DNA of 64,000 nucleotides from Spirochaetia bacterium (GTDB lineage Bacteria; Spirochaetota; Spirochaetia; G963692905): NCBI GenBank assembly GCA_965261245.1, contig OZ253446.1, positions 2,069,587 to 2,133,586 of the forward strand, read 5' to 3'. Shown piece by piece: positions 9,579 to 19,274 of this stretch (position 1 is its first letter; each line of letters starts with the position of its first letter). The notes under the pieces were generated by a model. It saw only the letters and a program-made list of their open reading frames with translations, ran no database searches and was not told where the DNA came from. The position numbers and the translations under genes were made by a program.

Positions 9579-11294
9579 CTACTGACATATCCCATTACCA
9601 TTATCATCACCAATACAAAGCAAATCACCGGCGCAATGGCTACTACCCCCGCACACACTACCCGCACTGCCATCGGCATGCGTGCATATACCATCACCCT
9701 GCACAAGAGCGCATATCAAATTATCCGCACAATCATCATCTATAAAGCAAGCACTACCCGCACTGCCATCGGACTGGGCGCATACACCATCTCTCTGCAC
9801 AAGAGCGCATATCATACTACCCGCACAATGGGTATCGAGTAAGCATGGATTACCTGCACTGCCGTCTGACTGGGCGCATATACCATCAGCCTGAATCGCC
9901 ACACATATCAAACTACCCGCACAATCATCATCTATAAAACAGGCACTACCCGCACTGCCATCGGACTGGACGCATGCACCATCACCCTGCACAAGAGCGC
10001 ATATTAAATTGTCATCACAATCACTATCAGCACCGCACGGACTACCTGCACTGCCGGACTGGGTGCATATACCATCGCCCTGAACCACCACACATATCAA
10101 ACTACCCGCACAATCATCATCTATAAAACAGGCACTACCCGCACTGCCATCGGACTGGGCGCATGTTCCGCTATCTTGCACTATCGCACATATCAAATTG
10201 CCATCGCAATCGCTATCATTACTGCAAGCACTACCCGCATTGTTTGCGCCTTGTGTACTCTCTACGCTACTCTCTGTACTACTCTCTACGCTGCTCTCTG
10301 TAGATTGACCGCATGAAGCATTACCCTGCTTAATAATACAATCTAAACCATCAGCACAATGTATATCATACATGCAAACACTGCCCGCACTGCCATCGGA
10401 TTGACTGCATACATAACTATTTTGCGATAGCGCACATATCAAATTGTTATTACAATCCCTATCAAACCCGCAAGCACTACCCGCGCCGCCATCGGACTGG
10501 GCGCATACCTGACTGCCAAGCACATTGGCACATATCAAATTTCCATTACAACCTAAACTAGCACCGCACGGACTACCCGCGCCACCATCGGACTGGGCGC
10601 ATATTCCGTTTCCTTGCACAACCGCACATATCAATTTCCCACCGCATTGGGCATCGAGTAGGCACGGACTACCCGCACTGCCATCGGACTGGGCGCATAT
10701 TCCATAATTATCAATGTTGGCACATATCAAATTGCCATTACAATGGGTATCGAATAAGCACGCACTACCCGCACTGCCATCGGGCTGGGTGCATACCTGA
10801 CTACCTTGCATATAAACACATATCAAATTGCCATTACAATGGGTGTCGAATATGCACGGGCTACCCGCACTGCCATCGGACTGGGCGCATATTCCATAAT
10901 TATCAATGTTGGCACATATCAATTTTCCACCGCATTGGGTATCGAGTAAGCACGGACTACCCGCACTGCCATCGGATTGGGTGCATATTCCGCTACCTGC
11001 ACTGTTGGCACATATCAAATTGCCATTACATTGGGTATCAGCACTGCAAGCACTACCCGCACTGCCATCGGACTGGGTGCATATCAAATTACCTTGCACC
11101 ACCGCACATATCGAATTACCATTACAATCAAAATCACTCATACATATTCTATATGAATCAAGAGAACCGCCAGCAATGCCCCGTTCATAGCCATTTATCG
11201 CGATACTAATAAATATAGCAAATATCAAAATTGCCGACAGCACCAATAACACTGGTACCCCTACAAAAATCATTATTTTGTGTTTTGTTTTCAT
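9579..11294 (-). CDS. Secreted/membrane-anchored Cys-rich tandem-repeat protein, paralog of 8343-9554
   Basis: N-terminal hydrophobic segment; repeated C-x-x-D-x-x-C-x-G-x-L-I-C-A....QSDGSAGS-x-C units; Ser/Glu-rich linker in the middle. Confidence 0.55.
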   Translation of the reverse strand: MKTKHKIMIFVGVPVLLVLSAILIFAIFISIAINGYERGIAGGSLDSYRICMSDFDCNGNSICAVVQGNLICTQSDGSAGSACSADTQCNGNLICANSAGSGICTQSDGSAGSPCLLDTQCGGKLICANIDNYGICAQSDGSAGSPCIFDTHCNGNLICVYMQGSQVCTQPDGSAGSACLFDTHCNGNLICANIDNYGICAQSDGSAGSPCLLDAQCGGKLICAVVQGNGICAQSDGGAGSPCGASLGCNGNLICANVLGSQVCAQSDGGAGSACGFDRDCNNNLICALSQNSYVCSQSDGSAGSVCMYDIHCADGLDCIIKQGNASCGQSTESSVESSTESSVESTQGANNAGSACSNDSDCDGNLICAIVQDSGTCAQSDGSAGSACFIDDDCAGSLICVVVQGDGICTQSGSAGSPCGADSDCDDNLICALVQGDGACVQSDGSAGSACFIDDDCAGSLICVAIQADGICAQSDGSAGNPCLLDTHCAGSMICALVQRDGVCAQSDGSAGSACFIDDDCADNLICALVQGDGICTHADGSAGSVCGGSSHCAGDLLCIGDDNGNGICQ

Positions 11295-11503
11295 ACCAAA
11301 CTATACTTCCGCCCTGCCTTACTGTCCTGCGCCGTCAACGCTGTAAAAACCTTGTGTATCCGCCAACGCCAACCCGGCAACCCATACGGCATGCGGGTAA
11401 TTCTGTTTTGCTGCTCTGCTGCAACACTCCCCGCCCCTGCGTTTGTAAATAGTACGACCACTATTACTGCAAGCATTACCGCATACATCACTTTTAATTT
11501 CAT
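11291..11503 (-). CDS. Small signal-peptide ORF (70 aa), possibly a truncated N-terminal remnant of the Cys-rich family
   Basis: N-terminus MKLKVMYAVMLAVIVVVLFTNAGAGS resembles the signal peptide of 8343-9554; no Cys repeats follow. Confidence 0.25.
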   Translation of the reverse strand: MKLKVMYAVMLAVIVVVLFTNAGAGSVAAEQQNRITRMPYGLPGWRWRIHKVFTALTAQDSKAGRKYSLV

Positions 11504-11519
11504 ATCGCATTATACCGAA

Positions 11520-11999
11520 TTATACGATTTTAATTTTGCTGATCACTGTATCTGCTTCTATGGCGCTGTCGTATTTGTTATTTTTCTTAAACTGTTTGTT
11601 GGTCTCTGGTTGCAACTTTCTAATGAATATGCGTTCTAAAGCATACACGCGGGCATATTCTTTTTCAAATATTCCGTTTTCAAAAACCAGGAATGCAATA
11701 TATGATTTTAAGAATTTTTTCCTTATCTCTTCATATCCTTTTGGCTCATCTCTAAATATCGGTTGCAGTCGATGCCCTATTGCCCGCAAGTGCAAACGTA
11801 CTGAAGTTGCTTTGCCTATATATAGCGGTTGTCCTTTTTTCGTGAAGTGAAAATATAACCCTCTTTCAAATCCGCCGGCAGGTATAATATCCTCGCCGTA
11901 GGTTAACAATCCCAGCGGTTTTTTTGACGTTTTTGATTTTATGATTTCGATAGCGTCTGATATTTTTTTGTTGGCAATTTCTTTGTAATCTATTCGCAT
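11520..11999 (-). CDS. GIY-YIG nuclease-like protein, in a low-GC segment
   Basis: GLY-x10-YIG spacing (GLYFHFTKKGQPLYIGKA) with downstream Arg and Glu residues; AT-rich coding sequence. Confidence 0.5.
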   Translation of the reverse strand: MRIDYKEIANKKISDAIEIIKSKTSKKPLGLLTYGEDIIPAGGFERGLYFHFTKKGQPLYIGKATSVRLHLRAIGHRLQPIFRDEPKGYEEIRKKFLKSYIAFLVFENGIFEKEYARVYALERIFIRKLQPETNKQFKKNNKYDSAIEADTVISKIKIV

Positions 12000-12273
12000 G
12001 ATTAAATAATACCTGCAACCGGCCGGAGTGTCTATACTATCAGCAAGGATATATATTCAACCACAAGCACAACACCCCACTATCCATGCACTCCATCCCC
12101 TGTATGGGAACTTCAAAACCACTAAGACAAAATAAAACGGCGGCCGCTATGCGGGGGCATAGACGACCGCCATTAAAAAATCACCCGCAACAGAAAATAA
12201 TTAATTCGGAAAAATATCATAGACCTGTCGCAGGCAATACCAGTATTATATCACCCGCCGGCATTTAATGCAA

Positions 12274-13437
12274 CCCCTTGTTTAACCTCGGTACATTCTG
12301 GACTCCGCACCCCTTCTCATTATTCTACGGCCCACCCCGATTATGCGTCAACCCACCCATGGGTGTTTGATACCCCAACGCCCCATGCGGCCGTACGTAG
12401 TTGTAGATATATTCCCACTCACGCACTAGCGACTGTAAGTCACTCGTCCGGTACGAGGGTACTGGGTAGCACTGCCAGAATTCCTGCCGCCACACTCCTT
12501 GTTGGCGCTCAACACAGCCGTTTAGCTTCGGAGACCGCGGGGGCAAGGTGTGGTGGTGTATTCCTTCTTCTGCCATCCATTCGTTCGCCTCTCCCCGGAA
12601 CTCGCCTCCCCCGTCTGTTTGCACACACCGGATAGGAAACGGTAATATCTCTTGTGCCCGTATGAGTAACGCACGGGCAGCTTTCGCAGTACATGCCGGA
12701 AATATATCGGTTACCGCAACGCGAGATACAACATCAATGCCAGTTATCTGCCACCCAGCAGGTCCCAGGTACAAGGAATCTACTTGCAGGATATCCCCAG
12801 GGGCGGTTGGTGTTTCTGGTTTCGGTTGCCGTATATATGGGGTTTTCCGTTTTTGCTTTCCCAGAAAATGCCCCCGTGCTGGTATGATTTTCTTCTCTCT
12901 GAGTAATACCGTAACCAGCCTATCTGCTTGTGAGAATGAGATGGTATACCCTTCCCGGGTAAGCATTACCGCAATCTTCCTCGCTCCAAACCCCGGGTGT
13001 TCAAGACGTAGCTCAATAAAGCGTGCGATTGCCTCAGGGGCAAGGGTAGTCACCCGTACCTGGTGCGGTCTCCGGGATCCGGTGATAAGCTTGCTCCATT
13101 GGTTATTCACGATATACCGTTTCCAGACAAACAATACCGATCGCGATACTCCCAGGAGGCTCGCACTAACGGCATACGGGACCCCGTGGGTTCTTCCTTC
13201 TTCGGCCCGGGATACCATACTGGTTTTATATTTTACCTCCGGATGATCACGGACATGTTCCGGGGTCTTAAATATTTTCGCACTCTGGTTTCTTTGGCGC
13301 GAAAAGATGTATACTTGTTGCACTGAGGCACCTCCTAATGGTTTATCTTGAGTACATTGTACTCTATTTTAGGGGTGCCTCTTTCTCTTTAAGAGATAGA
13401 AAGAAAGTCCAATATGTATCCGAGGTTATACACCCCC
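12274..13437 (-). mobile_element. IS481-like insertion sequence, copy 1
   Basis: Imperfect terminal inverted repeats CCCCTTGTTTAACCTCGG (12274-12291) and CCGAGGTTATACACCCCC (13420-13437) flank a DDE transposase ORF. Confidence 0.65.
12325..13323 (-). CDS. IS481-family DDE transposase (integrase-core type)
   Basis: N-terminal HTH-like region; DGGGEF, HHTLPPRSPKLNGCVERQ and YNYVRPHGALGYQTP motifs typical of retroviral-integrase-like transposases. Confidence 0.8.
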   Translation of the reverse strand: MQQVYIFSRQRNQSAKIFKTPEHVRDHPEVKYKTSMVSRAEEGRTHGVPYAVSASLLGVSRSVLFVWKRYIVNNQWSKLITGSRRPHQVRVTTLAPEAIARFIELRLEHPGFGARKIAVMLTREGYTISFSQADRLVTVLLREKKIIPARGHFLGKQKRKTPYIRQPKPETPTAPGDILQVDSLYLGPAGWQITGIDVVSRVAVTDIFPACTAKAARALLIRAQEILPFPIRCVQTDGGGEFRGEANEWMAEEGIHHHTLPPRSPKLNGCVERQQGVWRQEFWQCYPVPSYRTSDLQSLVREWEYIYNYVRPHGALGYQTPMGGLTHNRGGP

Positions 13438-13472
13438 ACCACTCCCTTTTTTTCAAACTCGCCCCCAATACT

Positions 13473-13628
13473 CCGCGCTAGGCATGCCCAGGGTGGCGCC
13501 GCCCTTCGGCGGTGCCAGACGCCGCGGAGTTTGCGCGGGACATCTTTGCCCCCCGGGGCGCGGCGGCCAAGCCCTGGGCACGCCGACCGCCGACCGCGCC
13601 CTGCGCGGGCGGGGGTAGCGCCCCCCCC
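13473..13628 (+). repeat. Structured intergenic repeat type 3, copy a
   Basis: GCGCTAGGCATG..GGTGGC[hairpin]CAGACGCCGCGGAGTT...GCGCGGCGGCC-AGCCCTG-GCACGCCGACCGCCG; also at 28898-29075 and inverted at 43150-43296. Confidence 0.6.
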
Positions 13629-13735
13629 TTCGACAAGCTCAGGGCAAGCCTCGACAAGCTCAGGGCAAGCTTCGACAAGCTCAGGGCAAGCTTCGGCAAG
13701 CTCAGGGACCGCCCTTCGGCAGACTCAGAGACCAC
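13629..13735 (+). repeat. Tandem array of ~21-bp units (TCGACAAGCTCAGGGCAAGCY), about 4.5 copies
   Basis: Direct tandem repetition visible in sequence; related array of about 2.5 copies at 43083-43145 in opposite orientation. Confidence 0.7.
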
Positions 13736-13790
13736 TCCCGCCCACCACCGCAAAACTAAAAAAAATAAATATGATATATTTTAGATACAT

Positions 13791-15602
13791 ATGAGACATA
13801 CTAAGATTATTTGCACCCTCGGGCCTGCGTGCACCGACCCCAAGACCATTGAGGCGATGATTCGCGCGGGGATGAATGTTGCGCGGCTGAACTTTTCGCA
13901 CGCGACGCACGACGAGCACCTCCAGAGAATCCAGGCCGTCCGGGAGGCGGAGGCGCGGGTTGGCGTGCCGGTTGGGATTCTCCTGGATACCCGCGGGCCG
14001 GAGCTCCGGACAGGGAAGGTTGAGTCGGGCACGACCCTGGAACTTCCGGTTGGCGCGCAAGTGCTCCTCCGCGGACAGCAGGAGACCGCCCGGGTACGGG
14101 ACGATGGAATAATTAGTCTGTCTATTAACTACGCCCTGCTCCCGACTCTGGTTGAGGTGGGGATGCACCTGTATATCTCGGATGGGTTGATTGACCTCCA
14201 GGTAACCGGGACCAGGGATGACGAGCTGGAGTGTGTGGTTGTCAGCGGGGGCGCGATTGGGAGTTACAAGAATGTGAATATACCCGGGATGGGGCTGCCC
14301 CTACCGTCGGTGAGTGAGCGTGATTTGCAGGATATTTCGTTTGGGTTGAGCCACGGGATTGATTTTATAGCGCTGTCGTTTATACGGCGGGCGTCCGACC
14401 TGCTGCCGGTGCGTAACCTTGTACGGAGTAAAGGACCGAGTGCCTCCGGGGTGCGGGTGATTGCCAAAATTGAGAGCGACGAGGGTGTGCAGAACATTGA
14501 TGAGATCCTGCTTGTCGCGGATGGGGTGATGATTGCCCGCGGGGACCTGGGGATTCAGTTGCCGACCGACCGGGTGGCGTTGGTGCAGAAGCAGATCATC
14601 AGACAGTGTAACCGAGCGGGGAAGCCGGTGGTGACGGCTACGCAGATGCTGGAATCGATGACGGTGAATGTACGTCCGACGCGGGCGGAGATGACGGATG
14701 TGGCGAATGCGATTTTTGATGGATCGGATGCGTTGATGCTCTCTGGGGAGACGGCGGTTGGGGCGCACCCGTGTGTGGCCATTACTACCCTGGATAACAT
14801 TGCCCGGGCGGTGGAGAGTTCGGGGGAATTCCGGGCCCTGCATGGGCTGTACGCCCAACGGGTCCGGGCCAGTAATCATCACGACACCCCGCAGCGCGGC
14901 AGTCGGAGCGATGCGGCGGCGAAGGCAACCGTCGTGCTGGCCGAAGAGGGCCGGGCGTCGGCTATTGTGGTGCCGACGGTACGGGGGACGGGGCCCCGGT
15001 GGGTTGCGCGGCACCGGCCGCGGCAGCCGGTGGTGGCGGTGACTACCTCGATAGAGGTTGCGCGGCGGTTGCTGGTTGGGTGGGGGATTGCGCCCTTGTT
15101 ATCGGGGACGGCGACGGATACCAACGAGATGCTTGAGAACGCCATCGCGATAGCCATCAAGCACGGGTATGTGCGCGAGCACGAGTGGGTCGTCCTGGCC
15201 GCCGGTGTGCCGTTGGATTCGCCGGTAACCTTGAACTCCATATCTCTGCGGTACATCGGGGAGATACTGCGCCGGGGCACCGGGGGGTTTGGGCGTCAGT
15301 TGGGCGGCGAAGTTGTGGTGGTTGAGCGCGAGCGGGTCGGGACAGACGAGCTGAATGCGCAGATAGCGGGCGAACAGAGTATTGCGGTGGTGCGGCAGCT
15401 GGGGAAATGGATGGTGCCGGTGCTCCAGGGGGTGCGGGCGGTGGTGAGCGAGTTGCCGTCGTCCCTGTCCCCGTACGAGCTCCTTGAGCACAACAGTGAG
15501 TTGGTGGTTATTGAGGGCGTGGGGGATGCGACCACGTGCTTCACGAACGGGCAGCGGATAGAGGTCAATGGGGATGAGAAGATTATCTATGAGAGCGAAT
15601 AG
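13791..15602 (+). CDS. pyk: Pyruvate kinase with C-terminal PEP-utilising-enzyme-like extension
   Basis: N-terminus MRHTKIICTLGPA...ARLNFSHATH, LLDTRGPELRTG, catalytic core MIARGDLG; 603 aa. Confidence 0.9.
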   Translation: MRHTKIICTLGPACTDPKTIEAMIRAGMNVARLNFSHATHDEHLQRIQAVREAEARVGVPVGILLDTRGPELRTGKVESGTTLELPVGAQVLLRGQQETARVRDDGIISLSINYALLPTLVEVGMHLYISDGLIDLQVTGTRDDELECVVVSGGAIGSYKNVNIPGMGLPLPSVSERDLQDISFGLSHGIDFIALSFIRRASDLLPVRNLVRSKGPSASGVRVIAKIESDEGVQNIDEILLVADGVMIARGDLGIQLPTDRVALVQKQIIRQCNRAGKPVVTATQMLESMTVNVRPTRAEMTDVANAIFDGSDALMLSGETAVGAHPCVAITTLDNIARAVESSGEFRALHGLYAQRVRASNHHDTPQRGSRSDAAAKATVVLAEEGRASAIVVPTVRGTGPRWVARHRPRQPVVAVTTSIEVARRLLVGWGIAPLLSGTATDTNEMLENAIAIAIKHGYVREHEWVVLAAGVPLDSPVTLNSISLRYIGEILRRGTGGFGRQLGGEVVVVERERVGTDELNAQIAGEQSIAVVRQLGKWMVPVLQGVRAVVSELPSSLSPYELLEHNSELVVIEGVGDATTCFTNGQRIEVNGDEKIIYESE

Positions 15603-15677
15603 ACGCGCGCCGTCGCCGCCGTGCGCAGCACCGTGTCCCGCGCTGTGCGCCGTCCCGTTCGCGTGCAGCGGCGGGTA

Positions 15678-17258
15678 ATGAAACGAGTTGAAGAGCTCTC
15701 GCTGCTCTACACCATCTCCCAGTTACTAGAGCAGAGCCTGGACCTGAACCAGGTGGTGCAGCCGATTATTGAGACCATCTCTTCGGACCTGAATCTCCTG
15801 CACTGCTCTATTACCCTCCTGGACCGCGGGTCCAATGAAATCACCACCGAAGCCGCCACGGGGCTGTCGCGGAGCCAACGGACTCGCGGAACCTACCTGG
15901 TCGGTGAGGGTATTACGGGCGAGGTGGTGGCATCGGGGGTGCAGAAGATTATACCCGACATCGGAAGCGACGCGCAGTTTCTGGATAGAATCGGCATCTC
16001 CAAGGTGTACCCGGAGGTTACGATATCTTTTATCTGCATCCCCGTGAAGCTGAACACCGAAACCATCGGGACCCTCAGTGCCCACCTGCCCGCGCCTGCG
16101 CCTGCGCCCGCATCCAGCGGCGGGGAGAGCCAGGGCGGCGGCGAGAACGGGAGCGGTGGTGTGGCGTTGGAAGAGAGCGCCCAACTGTTAGGCGTGATCG
16201 CCGCCATGATCGCCCAGGCGGTACGGCTGCGGCGCGATTTCATTGAGGAGCGCCGGATCCTGCAGGCCGAGAACACACGGTTACAAGAGGCCCTGGTTGA
16301 GCGGTTCCGCCCGGCAAACATTATCGGGAACTCCGCGAAGATGCAGGGGATCTTCGATATGGTTGCCCAGGTGTGCCGCTCGGACGCCACCGTCCTGATC
16401 CGCGGCGAGAGCGGCACCGGTAAGGAGCTCATCGCACAGGCAATCCACTACAACAGCTTCCGCAAAAACCACCCATTCGTGCGCGTCAACTGCGCCGCCC
16501 TACCGGAGAACATTATCGAAAGCGAGCTGTTTGGTCACGAGAAAGGCGCGTTCACCGGGGCGACGGGTATGCGGAAAGGGCGGTTCGAGCTGGCAAACAA
16601 CGGCTCGATATTTCTCGATGAAATCGGCGACCTCTCGTGGGGCCTGCAGGCAAAACTGCTGCGCGTCCTGCAGGAGCGGGAGTTCGAGCGCGTTGGCGGC
16701 AACGAGACCATCCGGTGCAACGTTCGGGTCATCGCCGCCACCAACCACAACCTGGAGGAACAGATTGCCAGCAAGCGCTTCCGCGAAGATCTCTACTACC
16801 GCCTCAATGTATTTCCGCTGCACATCCCGCCCCTGCGGGAACGGAAGAGCGACATCGTCCAGCTGGCGGACCATTTTGTTGCAAAATACGGCAAGCAGAA
16901 TAACAAGAAAATCCTCCGCCTCTCCACGCCCGCCATCGATATGCTGACCGCCTACCATTGGCCGGGCAACGTCCGCGAGCTTGAGAACTGCATTGAGCGC
17001 TCCGTGCTTCTCTCGACCGATGGGGTTATTTACGGCCAGCACCTGCCCCCGAGCCTGCAGTCGGCCGAGTACACCAACACCGGCGTGCACGATTCGCTCC
17101 AGGAGGCCGTGGATGCTGTGGAGCGCGAAAAAATCATCGAGGCCCTGAAGTCGACCAAAGGGAATATGTCGCGGGCGGCGGGGCTGCTGCGGATTACCAA
17201 CCGGCAAATGGGATTGCGGGTCGAGAAGTACGGGATACAGGCGCGGAAGTATCGGTAG
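15678..17258 (+). CDS. Sigma-54-dependent transcriptional activator (GAF-like sensor + AAA+ sigma-54 interaction domain + C-terminal HTH)
   Basis: Walker [15 protein letters not shown] motif (EKGAFTGA), [13 protein letters not shown]-terminal Fis-type HTH; track ORF begins at GTG 15621. Confidence 0.8.
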   Translation: MKRVEELSLLYTISQLLEQSLDLNQVVQPIIETISSDLNLLHCSITLLDRGSNEITTEAATGLSRSQRTRGTYLVGEGITGEVVASGVQKIIPDIGSDAQFLDRIGISKVYPEVTISFICIPVKLNTETIGTLSAHLPAPAPAPASSGGESQGGGENGSGGVALEESAQLLGVIAAMIAQAVRLRRDFIEERRILQAENTRLQEALVERFRPANIIGNSAKMQGIFDMVAQVCRSDATVLIRGESGTGKELIAQAIHYNSFRKNHPFVRVNCAALPENIIESELFGHEKGAFTGATGMRKGRFELANNGSIFLDEIGDLSWGLQAKLLRVLQEREFERVGGNETIRCNVRVIAATNHNLEEQIASKRFREDLYYRLNVFPLHIPPLRERKSDIVQLADHFVAKYGKQNNKKILRLSTPAIDMLTAYHWPGNVRELENCIERSVLLSTDGVIYGQHLPPSLQSAEYTNTGVHDSLQEAVDAVEREKIIEALKSTKGNMSRAAGLLRITNRQMGLRVEKYGIQARKYR

Positions 17259-17261
17259 CTG

Positions 17262-17425
17262 GAGGGGGGCGTGGTAGGAGGGGGCACCCTGCCCCCTCGC
17301 TGCAGCCGCTGCACCTGCGCGGGCGCAGGTACCAGGCGGCTACCCACGCGCGTGCGCGTGGGTACAGGCTCCGTTCACACTCCGCCTGCCGCCGCCTTCA
17401 GCGTCTTCCGCTACCCCCGGTCGCC
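17262..17425 (+). repeat. Modular intergenic repeat, head type 2
   Basis: GGGGGCACCCTGCCCCCTCGCTGCAGCC head, internal 10-bp-stem hairpins, tail CGCTACCCCCGGTCGC..CTGTAAA; related copies at 61005-61140 and inverted at 46935-47100. Confidence 0.6.
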
Positions 17426-17499
17426 TCTGTAAATATCGGAGTACTCAGCGTGAGTGGGGTGCTATTCACAGTATGGGGTGGATGTAGTACAATGGGCGT

Positions 17500-19254
17500 A
17501 TGGATAATGCGGCGCACGATTACCTGCATGCACGGGCACAGAAAATAATTTCCCAGAAATTATTGGAGCTGTTTGCCAAAGAGGGGTACAAGGAAATAGC
17601 GGTGCCGATGGTGGATAAGTACAACCACTATCGCGAGCTCTTGCAGGCGCGGCAGGCGGAGCGTAATAACCGGATACAAGGCGGGGGTGACGAGCCGTTA
17701 TTGATGCGCCCTGATGTTACCCTGTTTCTGACCCGCAGTATTGCTAATAGCCTGCGTGCTATCGGTGCCATTGGAAAAAAAGCACGGCTGTGCTATGCGG
17801 AAAATGTAGTCCGCGATTTATTGAACACCGACGGCGTTGGGCGTGAACAATTTCACACAGGTGTGGAATTATTTGGCAACGGCAATAACGACAAAGAACA
17901 AGAAGATGAAATAGAAGAGATTATTTTTCTTGCAATTCACGCACTGGAGACACTAGGGTTGAAAGACTGTCGGATACATATTGGCACGAGATCGCTTTTT
18001 AATGATTTAATCGGCAGCTACCATGATCCTGCTGGTTTTGGTACAAGACTAATGACCAAATATGCCCAAAAAATATACGGCAGCCTCTCTAGTATTATTA
18101 TAGCTAACAATCATATTCAATTGTGGAAATCGTTGCGACATTTTATGGGGTTTACAGTCGAAAAATGTGACGCGTTACTTGCGTTATTCTCCTACCGCAG
18201 CAGTAGCGAATCGGATACTCACGAATTAATAAAAATGTTTAACTATGATCTAAACGAGAAAAACATAGTTGTAGAACAGCTGGGCAGGCTACATAGCCTA
18301 TGCGACAAGCTAAACGACAGAATAACCGAAGGTAAACATCAACCAAAAGTAGTTGTCGATCCATCGGAAGTTGGGCAGCACGATTACTACACCGACATCG
18401 CCTTTTCTACTTACTCGCCAGTTGCCAGCAGCAGGATTACTGGCGGCGGGCGGTACGATAGATTGGCAGATAATTTTACAGAACTCTTCATGACACCAGG
18501 ATGCGGCTTCAGTTTTTTTCAGGAAAGGTTTGTCGACTATTTTATTCCAGATGCAGAAGCCGAATTGAGCGAAAAGAACGAGCCCGTAAAACCATCTCAA
18601 ACTTCTGGAAAACCACTAACATCAGCAGCAGATCTCATTACCATTGCCATACCGAAAGGAAGGATATTTGAAAAAATAAAAGGTGTGTTAAAGGATAACG
18701 GTGTAGTTCTCGATTTTGCAGGCCGCAGTCTGATTTCCGAGGACAAAGAACTGGGGGTGCGCTGGCAACTGGTGAAAAACGTCGATGTTCCCGCCTACGT
18801 CAATAACGGGACGGCGCATTTAGGAATTGTCGGCAGCGATATACTTGATGAATACCCTGATTTTATCGCCACCTTGCATGCATTTGAATTTGGCAGCGCG
18901 CGAATGGCGTTAATTACCACTCAGAAAAATCAGGAAAATCAAGATGCAGAATTATACAACGGCGTAACCATAGCGACAAAATATCCGGTAGCAACGCAGG
19001 AATATTTAGATTTCAAAGGAATAGATGGGCGCATCATTAAACTCAACGGCTCGCTAGAGCTGGCGCCGCTGTTGAAGCTTGCGCCGTTTATCGTCGATAT
19101 TGTTGAAACCGGCACCACCATGAAGAATCATAATTTAGTAGAAGTAGATGATCTCGATACTACCAAAGTGCTCCTGGCAGCCAACCCCGCCTACTACAAA
19201 CTCCACGCCCAACGGATAAAAGACAAGATATTACCAATATTAGCCGAAAATTAA
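17500..19254 (+). CDS. hisZG: Fused HisZ-like regulatory domain + ATP phosphoribosyltransferase catalytic domain (HisG short form)
   Basis: N-terminal class-II aaRS-like HisZ region with GGGRYD motif; C-terminal HisG-like region (IAIPKGR...LGIVGSDIL...DIVETGTTMK); lower GC than flanks. Confidence 0.7.
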   Translation: MDNAAHDYLHARAQKIISQKLLELFAKEGYKEIAVPMVDKYNHYRELLQARQAERNNRIQGGGDEPLLMRPDVTLFLTRSIANSLRAIGAIGKKARLCYAENVVRDLLNTDGVGREQFHTGVELFGNGNNDKEQEDEIEEIIFLAIHALETLGLKDCRIHIGTRSLFNDLIGSYHDPAGFGTRLMTKYAQKIYGSLSSIIIANNHIQLWKSLRHFMGFTVEKCDALLALFSYRSSSESDTHELIKMFNYDLNEKNIVVEQLGRLHSLCDKLNDRITEGKHQPKVVVDPSEVGQHDYYTDIAFSTYSPVASSRITGGGRYDRLADNFTELFMTPGCGFSFFQERFVDYFIPDAEAELSEKNEPVKPSQTSGKPLTSAADLITIAIPKGRIFEKIKGVLKDNGVVLDFAGRSLISEDKELGVRWQLVKNVDVPAYVNNGTAHLGIVGSDILDEYPDFIATLHAFEFGSARMALITTQKNQENQDAELYNGVTIATKYPVATQEYLDFKGIDGRIIKLNGSLELAPLLKLAPFIVDIVETGTTMKNHNLVEVDDLDTTKVLLAANPAYYKLHAQRIKDKILPILAEN

Positions 19255-19274
19255 AACACAGAGAGAGGAAGAAA

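Noticed and set aside
13414-13794. Short ORFs overlapping repeat type 3 and its tandem array (also 28750-29562)
   Set aside because: They lie within conserved structured repeats and encode low-complexity peptides; more likely non-coding.
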